Positions 42,053 to 64,000 of a DNA stretch of 64,000 nucleotides are shown here, piece by piece. The stretch is from NCBI RefSeq assembly GCF_009914755.1, contig NC_060925.1. One strand, 5' to 3'. Made by a program: the position numbers and the translations under genes. Under the pieces are notes generated by a model. The model searched no databases and was not told the origin of the DNA. It was given only the letters and a program-made list of their open reading frames with translations. Each line of letters opens with the position of its first letter. Within the stretch, counting starts at the first letter, position 1. The DNA comes from the human T2T-CHM13v2.0 reference genome, Homo sapiens.

Positions 42053-43777
42053 TCAACTTGTTTTTATTTTATACATGTCACTATAAAATTCTATTATCTT
42101 TTCTGAATAAAGGGTCTTGACTTTCAAGAGGTATGTTATCCCCACTTAGGGCTGAGCCAAAGCAATTCTTCGTTTTTTTTGGAGAGACTGTGTCTCACTA
42201 TGTTGCCCAGGCTGGTCCCAAACTCCTGGCCTCAAGCCATCCTCCCAATTCAGCCTCCCAAAGTGCTGGGGATACAGGAGTGACCATTCCTGGCCTATCA
42301 AAACAATTCTTACCCATCTGCTAAGGAGAAAATAGCAAGGGTTGTGACACAGATGTTTCCCACACATTCTGCTAGTATTTCTCCAAATCCTAACCCAGAG
42401 AGTAGCCAGTTACTAGTCAGAGGAGGGAGACTCTTTAAGAAGAGGCCAGGTGTGGACGCCCATGCCTGTAATCCCAGCACTTTGAGAGGAGTTTGAGACC
42501 AGCCTGGGCAACACAGTGAGACCCCACCTCTAAAAAAATAATAAATTAGCCAGGCATGCTGATGCATGCCTGCAGTCCCAGTTACCTGTGAGGCTGAGGC
42601 AGGAGGATCATTTGAGCCTGAGAAGTCAAAGCTGCAGTGAGCTGTGATCATGCCACTGCACTCAGCCTGGGCAACAGAGAGAAAATCTGTTTCAAAAAAA
42701 AAAAAAAAAAAAAAAGAGAGAAGAGAGACTACTGTTCTCCCATTCTTGTGCTTATCTTGAAATTTCACTTCCTCAACCATACCTTCCTTGAACCCAACTC
42801 TAATTTGGGAATCCTAACATACCACATACCATTTTGCACTTCTTCTTGTCTTCCATTTATTATAGTCATTATTATGTACAGCATTTATTTATATGAATGA
42901 CTGTTTAATGTCTCTCTCATATTAGAACTACGATTGTGGTACTTAACACTATATTCCAAAGTCTGGCATGCAGTAGTCAGTCATGTAATGGAATTATTAA
43001 ACAAAAATGAAGCAAACCAATCAAGTCCCCCTTTACAAATGATTTTCTTTCATAGAACATTATTGTATTAGCGCTTGGTATAACATGCTATTTTTCTTTT
43101 TTCTTTTTTTTTTGAGATAGAGTCTGGCTCTTGTTGCCCAAGCTGGAGTGCAATGGCATGATCTTGGCTCACCGCGACCTCCGCCTCCAGGTTCAAGTGA
43201 TTCTCCTGCCTTAGCCCCCAAGTAGCTGGGATTGCAGGCATGCGCCACCACACCCGGCTAATTTTGTATTTTTAGTAGAGATGGGGGTTTCTCCATGTTG
43301 GTCAGGCTGGTCTTGAACTCCCGACCTCAGGTGATCCACATGCCTCGGCCTCCCAAAGTGCTGGGATTACAGGCATGAGCCACTGCGCCCGGCGAGCATG
43401 CTATTTTTCTAATCGAAGTTACTCGGATATTTTACATTACTGTCCCCTACAGTTTCTGAAAAATCTGAGAGGGTTAAAATAAGATTGCTAACTTTTAATT
43501 TCTCAAAGTAAGTGTCTATTATTACCATTTTAGAAAGAATTATTTTAAAACTAAAAAGTATAAGAACATGACTCTAAATAAAAATTTTGAATAAATTTAG
43601 CTATATGAAAAATAATATAACCCTAGTTTTCTTATTTTACTGCTCCTTAGAACCACTGGGAGGGCAGGTGCAGTGGCCCATGCCTGTAATCCCAGCACTT
43701 TGGAAGACTGAGACAGGAGGACTGCTTGAGGCCAGGAGTTTAAGACCAGCCAGGCAACATAGTGGGCTTCGTCTCTA

Positions 43778-43972
<195 letters not shown>

Positions 43973-44045
43973 TTAAAGGGAAAGCAAAGTAACTAAAATG
44001 TAAGCTATGTGTTAATAAAAAGGTTTGTTTAAAACCGTATTATTA

Positions 44046-44363
<318 letters not shown>

Positions 44364-44538
44364 CTAACTCTTGCCATATAAACAATTACATACATTAAAA
44401 AAAAAAATCCCTCAAGTTGCTCGTGAGAAACAATAAATAAACTAAATGAATAAATACCACAAATAATACCAGCATGATAACAAAGGGATCAGTTCCAATG
44501 ACTATGTTCTCTTCCTGAAGAATGCCATGTCTGGTTTA

Positions 44539-44751
<213 letters not shown>

Positions 44752-45101
44752 CTAGCAGAGGATAAGCACAAAGATGTCTTTCAAGACAGAACAATCAAAG
44801 TAGAATGAAATGTCCTATTTTTCGGAGCAGTGAAATGGAGTAGATAGGTAGAATATACACCTTAGACTTAGATCAGACTTTGAATCCTGGCTCTGGTACC
44901 TACTGTGTGATTTCAGCAATAACCTCTCTGAGGAGCTATTTCCTAAGCTGTAACATTATATACCTTGAGGATGTAATGCAAAGTTAACTAGCATGGCAGA
45001 TGAAAAAGAGTAGGCATTAAAAATAAAGTTACCATTACGGCCAGGTATGGTGGCTCACGCCTGTAATCCCAGCACTTTGGGAGGCTGAGGTGGGCAGATC
45101 A

Positions 45102-45413
<312 letters not shown>

Positions 45414-45587
45414 TTATATATACTATAATTAAAATAATAGAAAAGTTCAAAATAGTATGCATCTTTTCTCCTGCAATGCCCTAAAGGGTACAGGTCAGGT
45501 TTGCCCTTCTCAACCTTCCCAGTTTCCTTTTCTACACCCAGATCATATTAGAAACAAAGAGGTAGGCTTTTTTCTCATAACTGATTA

Positions 45588-45755
<168 letters not shown>

Positions 45756-45919
45756 TCATAATTATAATGAATAGTCTTTAAGTAAACAAAGGTCCATTAA
45801 ATATAGAAATATTTCCTGGTAAACATTTCTGCACATAGAAGGTCCCTCAAGCAAAATAGCTTGGGACAGAATGATGCTTCTCTCACTGCAAACATGACCA
45901 CTGCCACCAACAAGACTCA

Positions 45920-46117
<198 letters not shown>

Positions 46118-46273
46118 TTACTTTTTAAAGAGGGGCATTGTAAAGAAAATTCATTCCTGCCCTAGCACTTTCACCTCTGTTAACTATTCCCAACCTCTTT
46201 GCTCAAAGATGCTGTCTATTGTGAAAGTCCTTCTCCTCATTCCCTTAAAGCTCAGTTTAAATCTTAACATTTG

Positions 46274-46398
46274 GTGCTGGCCTTGGCAGCACATATACTA
46301 AAATTGGAATGATACAAAGATTAGCATGGCCCCTGTGCAAGGATGACATGGAAATTTGTGAAGCATCCCATATGGGGAAAAAAAAAAAAAGAAAAAAG
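46274..46398 (+). pseudogene. U6 snRNA processed pseudogene (RNU6 family)
   Basis: Full-length U6 match with about 10 substitutions and a 3-nt deletion in the ACAGAGA box, a poly(A) tail, and a 15-bp TSD aaatcttaacatttg (46259-46273 and 46399-46413). Confidence 0.93.
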
Positions 46399-46470
46399 AA
46401 ATCTTAACATTTGAATGCCGCTTCTTTTCCAGATTCTTTCAGTTAGAGTTTGTTTTTGTTTTTGTTTTGA

Positions 46471-46746
<276 letters not shown>

Positions 46747-47112
46747 TAGATTTAATCTTGTCCTCACATTCCCAAGACACTGCATTTGCAGCTATTATCA
46801 GTTGGAATAATCTGCCTTGTATGAGTGATTCACTTATCTCTGTCTTTCTCACTGAATTGTGAGCTCCTTGATTAAGGACACTGATATTTGCCTTTTCTCA
46901 CTGAGTCTTCTATATAGTTGTCTTCATCTGACAGCTGATGATTCACTAAATTAAATATAACTACAGAGCTGCTTTGACAGTCATAACAAAGTGTAATTCA
47001 GCCAAGCACACTGGGACACACCTGTAGCCCCAGCTACTTGAGAGGCAGAAGGACCACTTGAGCTCAGGGTTTCAAGGCTATAGTGTTCTGTGATCAAGCC
47101 TGTGAAAAGTGA

Positions 47113-47309
<197 letters not shown>

Positions 47310-47899
47310 TGACGCCTGGCTAACTTTTTGTATTTTTAGTAGAGACAGGGTTTCACTGTGTTAGCCAGGATGGTCTCAATCTCCTGACCTCATGATCTGC
47401 CCGCCTTGGTCTCCCAAAGTGCTGGGAATACAGGTGTGAGCCACTGCACCCGGCCAAAAAAAATTGTTTTTAAGTATGATTCAGGCTGAGGTGGGTGGAT
47501 CACTTGAGCTCAGGAGTTCAAGACCAGTCTGAGCAACATGGCCAAACGCCATCTCTACAAAAAATACAAAACTTAGCCAGGTGTGGTGGTGGGCACCTGT
47601 AGTCCCCAGCTACTTGGAAGACTGAGGTGGGGGGATGGCTTATGCCCAGGGGGTGGAGGTTATAGTGAGCCGTGATCATGCCACTCCACCATGTCAGTCT
47701 GGGTGACAAGGCAGACCCTGTCTCAAACCAAAAAAAGTATTTCAGCATTAAGACTCGAGTTCTTGCCAACCATAACAATGTTCCCTATAGATGGATGATA
47801 TGGATAATTAAAGCAAAGAGATTTGGAAAGGCCTATTAATAAATAAAAAGGGGAAAGTTTCTGCCAAATCAAAGGGCTTGGTTCTTAGAAATCAGTTGA

Positions 47900-48182
47900 A
47901 GCATCATTGTCCATGAGGAATATGTGAGCCACATATGAAATTCATTTAATAATCTATTTTACTTAACCCAGTATATCCAAAATATTATCATTTCAACAGT
48001 CAATATAAAATATTATTAATGAGATGTTTTACATTCTATTTTTTTAGTGAGTCTTCAAAGTCTAATGTACACTTTAAGTTAATAGCACATCTCAATTTGG
48101 ACCCTAAATTTTCATGGGAAACACCTGATTTGTACTTAGAGTTTGTAAAATTTACAGCTGAGGAAATAGATTCACATACCTA
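47900..48182. mobile_element. hAT-Charlie (Charlie1/MER33-like) fragment
   Basis: tacttaacccagtatatccaaaatattatcatttcaac...agcacatctcaatttggac. Confidence 0.7.
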
Positions 48183-48870
48183 ACAGGGTGGTAGGAGATG
48201 AAACTGAAAAGAAAGTCAGGCAGCGAAATCATAAAGGATGTTAGTGGCTGTCACAGGCCTTTGGATTTGAAACTGAATGAAGCCACTGGAGGGTTTTAAA
48301 TAGAAGAATGATAATATGTGGTGGCTCACGCCTACAATCCCAGAACTTTGGGAGTCCGAGGCGGGTGGATTGCTTGACCCCAAGAGTTCAAGACCAGCTT
48401 GGGCAACCCTGCAAAACACCATCTCTAGAAAAGATATAAGTTAGCTAGGTGTGGTGGCACATGCCTGTAGTCTTAGTTACATGGGAGGCTGAGGTGGGGG
48501 ATGGCTCGAGCCTGGAAGGCAGAGGTTGCAATGAGCCAAGATCACACCACTGCACTCCAGCCTCAGCGACAGAGCCAGACCCAGTCTCAAAAAAAAAAAA
48601 AAAAAAAAAAGCTATCTCTCTGTGTAAAGAATAAACTAGGGGAACAAGAAAGGACACAGACTCCAGCTAGAAGGCTGTTTCAATAATTAAGTCAAGAATG
48701 AGAAAAGGCTTAGACTAGGATAGAAAGAATGGAAAGCAGTGCAATGTGATCAAATTCTCCATATATTTTAAAGTTCCTATGCCTTCCACAAAACACAAGT
48801 ATCTGATTGATATTATATTCAACTAAAAGGTTGAAATGTACTTCGATGATATGGGGCTAAAATTTCATTA

Positions 48871-49236
<366 letters not shown>

Positions 49237-49473
49237 CTATATTTTGTTTTTTAACAACTTCTCTCAGAACATTTATAATCAGAATATATAGGTGTTAGGC
49301 TGGGCACAGTGGCTTATGCCTGTAATCCCAGCACTTTGGGAGGCCGAGGTGGGCAGATCACTTGAGGTCAGGAGTTCAAGACCAGCCTAGCCAACATGGT
49401 GTAACACCGTCTCTAGTAAAAATACAAAAATTAGCCGGGCGCAGTGGTAGGCACCTGTAATCCCAGCTACTTA

Positions 49474-49644
<171 letters not shown>

Positions 49645-49762
49645 TTACTATTCAAAAAGACTTCACTCGGCCGGGCGCAGTGGCTCACGCCTGTAATCCC
49701 AGCACTTTGGGAAGCCGAGGCGGGCGGATCACGAGGTCAGGAGATCAAAACCATCCTGGCTA

Positions 49763-49997
<235 letters not shown>

Positions 49998-50290
49998 TCA
50001 TAATTGGTGGTTAAATAAAATAAAGTAAGTATGGTTGCTTCGAAAAAAAATACACTAAAGAAGTATGAAAATGAGCTGGTTGCCAATGAGAGTCACTGTT
50101 ATTCCATCAAAGCAAAATTGGGACTGGGCGTGGTAGCTCACGCCCTGTAATCCTAATGCTTTCGGAGGCCAAACTGGGAGAACTGCTTGAGGCCTAGAGT
50201 TCGAGACCATCCTGGGCAACACAGCGAGACCCTGTGTCTACAAAAAATTTAAAATTTACCCAGGCATGGTGGCACATGCCTGTTATCCTA

Positions 50291-50476
<186 letters not shown>

Positions 50477-50495
50477 TTATAAATAATTTGACAAA

Positions 50496-51286
<791 letters not shown>

Positions 51287-52685
51287 TATTATCTCCATAT
51301 TCTCCTTTAATCAAGCCTTTTCATTACTAATGCCATCTCCTTGACAAAAAGTATATCCCTTTTTCCATTTTTACTATTAATTACTCTATTCTTGTCTGCC
51401 CTTATTTCTAGCTATTCTCTTCCCTTCTTTTTCCTTGTATAACTGACTTATAAACATAAATACTGGAAGGATGGTTAATCCATCACCAACACTGAACACA
51501 GAAAGTGTTCAATTATTTATTGATGAAGACTTCCGAAGTCTCTTATTCTATTCCCTGTCCTTCCTTTCTCCCTCCCTTTAGCCCTAACCCTTTTTTTTCT
51601 TTCCCTCTTTCTTTCCTTCTCCTCTCTCTCTCTCTCTTTTGCAATAAGGTCTGTCGCCCAGGCTGAAGTGGAATGGCACAATCATAGCTCACCGCAGCCT
51701 CAAACTCCTGGGCTCAAGCGATCCTCCAGCCTCAGCCTCCTGAGTAGCTAGGACTATGGGTGTATGCCACCAGATCCAGCTAATTTTTATTTGTTTTTTG
51801 TAGAGACAGAGTCTTGCTAGGTTGCCTAGGCTGGTCTTAAACTCCTGGCTTCAAGTGATCTTCCTGCCTCAGCCTCCCAAAGTGCTGGGATTACAGACGT
51901 GAGCCATAACCCCTGGCCTTTTATTCTATTCCTTACTGATTTTTATTTATTTATTTTTTTGGAGACAGGATCTGGTTTTGTTGCTCAGGCTGGAGTGCAG
52001 TAGTGCAATCCCAGCTCACTGCAACCTCTGCAACCTGGGCTCAAGTGATCCTCCCACCTCAGCTTCCTGAGTAGCTGGGACCACAGGTGCAAGCCATTAC
52101 ACCTGGCTAATTTTGGGGGGTTTTTTGGTAGAGATGGGGTTGTGCCATGTTGCACAGGCTGGTCTCAAACTCCTGGGCTAAAGTGATCCACCCTCCTTGG
52201 CCTTCCAAAGTGCTGGGATTACAGGCGTGAGCCACGACAGCTAGCCTTATTTTTTTTTTTAAAAGGTAGGGTCTCACTCTGTCACCCAGGCTGGAGTGCA
52301 GTGGTGCAATCACGGCTCACTGCAGCTCACTACAGCCTTGACCTCCTGGGCTCAAGTGATTCTCCCACCTCAGCCCCCCAAGTAGCTGGGACCACGGGTG
52401 CATGCCACCATGCCCGGCTAACTTTTGTATTTTTTGTAGAGACAAGGTTTCACCATGTTGGCCAGACTTATTTTTTCATACTTTTTATAGAGACAAGGTT
52501 TTGCCATGTTGCCCAGGCTGGTCTCAAATTCCTGGGCTCAAGTGATCTGCATGCCTCAGCCTCCCAAAGTGTTGGGATTAGAGGTGTGAGTCACCATGTC
52601 CAGCTAATACTGAGTTTTTCAAGGGAGGTACCATAACAACTAAAAAAGAAAAAATCTAAGTGGACCCACTAAATGTTTGGCTTAC

Positions 52686-52743
52686 CTGTGGATCTGGGTA
52701 GTCTTCCATACTTGAATCATCATCAGAATAGCTTTCAGTATAC
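52686..52743 (-). CDS. NVL: NVL exon 5 (58 bp): (E)YTESYSDDDSSMEDYPDPQ, contains Met107
   Basis: ctgag|GTATACT...CCACAG|gtaagc; frame is continuous with exons 4 and 6. Confidence 0.94.
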
Positions 52744-53419
52744 CTCAGTAAAAGGAGGGAAAAATGTTTTAAAGACTTTCTCTCCCATATCCTAAAAAAA
52801 TGACTACCCAAAACAAGTAAATATATTCAGCCAAAAGATTATGGTGGTTAAGAGTCCAAACTCTGGAATCAGAGAAACTAGGATTCAAAATCCAACTTAA
52901 CCAGTTATTACTTAACCTCTCTAAGCGTCAGCTTCCTTATCTATAAAACGGAGATTTAATAAGTAATGTCTGTCTCCCAGGGTTATTAAAGGATTAAATA
53001 AACACTTGCAAAGTCCTTATGCATTTACAAAATATAATAAATGCAAAATAAATTATAGTTATATTTATCCTAGCAATAAATAAAAGTGAGATACAAATTC
53101 CCTCAGGCCCAAGGGTCCCATTTAGGGATATCAGATTCAGGTAGAGGAAATATTTCAGCAACCTATAATTAAGTACTCTGAGTAACAAATTCACAAAGTC
53201 AACATGACCAAAGCATGTAACCAAATACAACTTCTGCAAGACTGTTCATGAGGGATGAAGGAGCAAATAAATTTCCTGTATCAAAAAAGAGGTATAAAGC
53301 CTAATAAACTACAAGCTGAGAATGTAGTCTTAATTCATTATAACTGAAAGTTGTTATCTAATAGCTTCAAGTAACTTCAGGACACTGCTAGTATTTAATA
53401 CTTCTTTGGAAATTATTTA

Positions 53420-53831
<412 letters not shown>

Positions 53832-54069
53832 TTAAGATACAAATTCTAGCCTGGGCAACTAAGGGAGACTCTGTCTCTACAAAAAAATTAAAAAATTAGC
53901 TGGGCATGCTGGCACACACCTGTAATCCCAGCTACCTGTGAGGCTGCGGTGGGAGGATCGCTTGGGCCTGGGACGTCAAGACTGCGGTAAGCCATGATTG
54001 TGCCAGTGCACTGAAGCCTGGGTGACAGAGCGAGACGCTGTCTCAAAAAAAAAAAAAAAAAAAAGACAA

Positions 54070-58085
<4,016 letters not shown>

Positions 58086-58575
58086 TTAAACTCTCAATAC
58101 TATTTCTTAAACAAAATTAATCAGCACCTTTTTATATATCTGATATTGTATTAGGGCAGAAAAAGAAGGTAATGAGACAGTACTGTTGGTAATGCAAACA
58201 AGTAAGCAAATAATTTCAATGCCATATGATATGATAAGGATTATAACAAATATCTGTAACTAGAAGCTAAGGAAACATTTAAAAAGGGGTCTTAGGCCTA
58301 ATAAAGGCAGTAACATTTCAACTGATTCTTGAGGGCTGTGTGGGAGTTTGTGAAAGGGAAATGACACTCTAACTCAATAAAACCACCCATACAAAGGCAC
58401 AGCCAAAGAGAATTTGATCTCTTTGGGGAATAAAGAACATTCAATATGGCTGAAGAGGTTAGGTAAATATCACGCAGGGCTTTGTTGGCAATGAAGAGCC
58501 ACTGAAAGTTTTACAAGCAGGAATGTAACATGATAAAGTTCATGGTTTAAAAAAACCCTGCATTTGGTATACTTA

Positions 58576-58737
<162 letters not shown>

Positions 58738-58762
58738 TTAGCTCTAACAATAAAAGACTCAC

Positions 58763-58815
58763 CTTTTTCTACCTGAATCCTAAAAGCATTTCTTTTTCTT
58801 CGACCATAGTCTATA
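58763..58815 (-). CDS. NVL: NVL exon 3 (53 bp): (S)IDYGRRKRNAFRIQVEK(V), includes the RRKR nucleolar localisation motif
   Basis: ttcag|TATAGAC...GAAAAAG|gtgagt; phase fits the neighbouring exon. Confidence 0.95.
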
Positions 58816-59029
58816 CTGAAAAAAGAAAACAAGAAGTTTACCATAGTAGTCTCCACCAATATTTTTCCATTAAGTTCAATCTAAATGGATCAAATAAATT
58901 TGCATGAATATTTCATTGTTACAGTATAGACACTTGCCATAACCCTATTTTCAAACTTCTAAGTTTATATATTTACTATTGTGACCTTTCTCCATTTTCC
59001 CCCTTTTTTTAAACTAACCTTTTTTGCTT

Positions 59030-61245
<2,216 letters not shown>

Positions 61246-62474
61246 ATCTGTGCCAGCGCAGTGGCTCACACTTGTAATCCCAGTACTTTGGGAGGCCAAG
61301 ATGGGCGGATCATTTGCGGTCAGGAGTTCGAAACTAGCCTGGCCAACATGGTAAAACCCCATCTCTACTAAAAATACAAAAATCAGCCAGGCATGGTGGT
61401 GGGTGCCTGTAATCCCAGCTACTTGGGAGGCTGAGGCAGGAGTATCACTTCAGCCCAGGAGGTGGAGGTTGCAGTGGGCAGACATCACACCACCACACTC
61501 CAGCCTGGGTGACTGAGTGAGACTCCATCTCAAAAAAAAAAAAAACTTTATGTTTTTGAGACAGGGTCTCACTCAGTCAGGCTGAAGTGTAGTTGTGCAA
61601 TCAGAGCTTGCCACAACCTCAACCTCCTGGTCTCATGCAATCCTCCCACCCCAGCATCCGAGTAGGTACGATGACAGACACGTGCCAGCACACCTAGTTA
61701 ATTTTTTGATTTTTTTTGCAGAGATGGGGGTCTCACTATGTTGTCTAAGCTCGTCTGGGTCAGTTTTTCTTAAATGTGAAATTACTTCAAAACACAAAGT
61801 TTTAGATGAGGCAAATATTGTACTAAATCATGACCATTTAAAAAGGCAACTTGGGGCCTGGCACGGTGGCTCATGCCTGGAATCCTAGCACTTTAGGAGG
61901 CTGAGGCGAGAGGATCACTTGAGCTCAGGAGTTCAAGGCCAGCTGGGCAACATGGCAAAACCCCATCTCTACAAAAAATACAAAGAATCAGCGGGGCATG
62001 GTGGCATGTGCCTTAGTTCCAGCCATCTGGGGGCTGAGGCAGAAGGATGAGCCCAGGGGGCTGAAGCTGCAGTGAGCCGAGATTGAGCCACTGCACTCCA
62101 ACCTGGATGATAGAGCGAGACTGTGTCTCCAAAAAATAAATAAATAATTAATTAAAAATTAAACAAAGAGAGAAAGAAAGACGTAAAAGCGATTCTTCAC
62201 TCATGAGCCATACAAAACAAGGTGGTAGGCAGGAACTGGTTTGAGGGCCATAGTTTGCCAACACCTGGATAAGAGAAGATGGCAGATGGATGTAGGCAGA
62301 ATGTTTAAAAGCTGAAACAGGCCAGGTGTAGTGGCTCATGCCTATAATCCTAACACTTTGGGATGCCAAGGCAGGAGGATCACTTGAGGTCAAGAGTTCA
62401 AGACCAGACTGGCCAACATGGCGAAACCACATCTCTACTAAAAATACAAAAATTATTTTTAGTAATAATTTTTA

Positions 62475-62867
<393 letters not shown>

Positions 62868-63389
62868 TCATACCACCAACTAAGAAAAAAGGTTACCAAC
62901 AAAACACAACTCACAGATTTCAATGGAGTGAGTGGCGGGGATAGAAACAATCTTAGTTTAGTCTTTATTTTTATTTTTTAAGAGACAGGGTCTTGCTCTG
63001 TCACCCACGCTTCAGTGCAGCGGTGCAATCGTAGCTCACTGCAGCCTTGAATTCCTGGCCTCAAGTGATCCTCCTGCTTCAACTTCCTGAGTAGCTAGGA
63101 CAGACTACAGGTGCATGCCACGCTAATTTTTTTTTTTTTTTTTTTTGGTAGAGACAGAATCTTGCTATGTTGCCCAGTCTGGTCTCAAACTCCTAGCCTC
63201 AAGCAATCCTCCTGTGTCAGCCTCTCTAAGTGCTGAAATTACAGGTGTGAGCCACTGTGCCCTGGCCTTAGACCACTCATTAAATAAATTCTGATCAGGG
63301 GAAGGAAAAATACTACTGAGTGGTAGCCAAAGTGAGGTATACTATTGTTTTAAAAAGCTTTCTGTCTTAGTTTCTCTTCTTTTCTTCCT

Positions 63390-64000
<611 letters not shown>

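Overview
Human (primate) genomic DNA lying entirely inside the NVL gene (nuclear VCP-like AAA+ ATPase, Rix7 orthologue, 60S ribosome biogenesis), transcribed on the minus strand. I traced 16 consecutive coding exons (exons 3-18 by the usual numbering, about aa 44-728) from 58815 down to 8950. All have GT-AG boundaries and splice into one open frame covering the N-terminal nucleolar-localisation region, the whole D1 AAA domain and most of D2. Most ORFs in the supplied track are Alu artefacts. The introns are very Alu-dense (about 90 copies or fragments, including one AluYa5) and also hold L1, L2, MIR, MaLR, MER21 and Tigger/Charlie/MADE2 relics. Several L1-mediated retrocopies are present: an RPL21 pseudogene with an extended 3' UTR, a U6 copy, an Alu-split Y4 RNA copy, a 38-nt hairpin and an unidentified ~490-bp insert. 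The most notable unexplained structures are a near-identical non-Alu inverted duplication whose RNA stem would end at the exon 17 branch-point region, an adjacent cluster of local duplications, a candidate 72-nt poison exon in intron 10, strong unused splice donors downstream of exons 15 and 17, and further fold-back duplications. I found no convincing novel multi-gene system. The candidates below are splicing-regulatory and retrotransposition hypotheses. Repeat family names are from memory of consensus sequences, and repeat boundaries are approximate.
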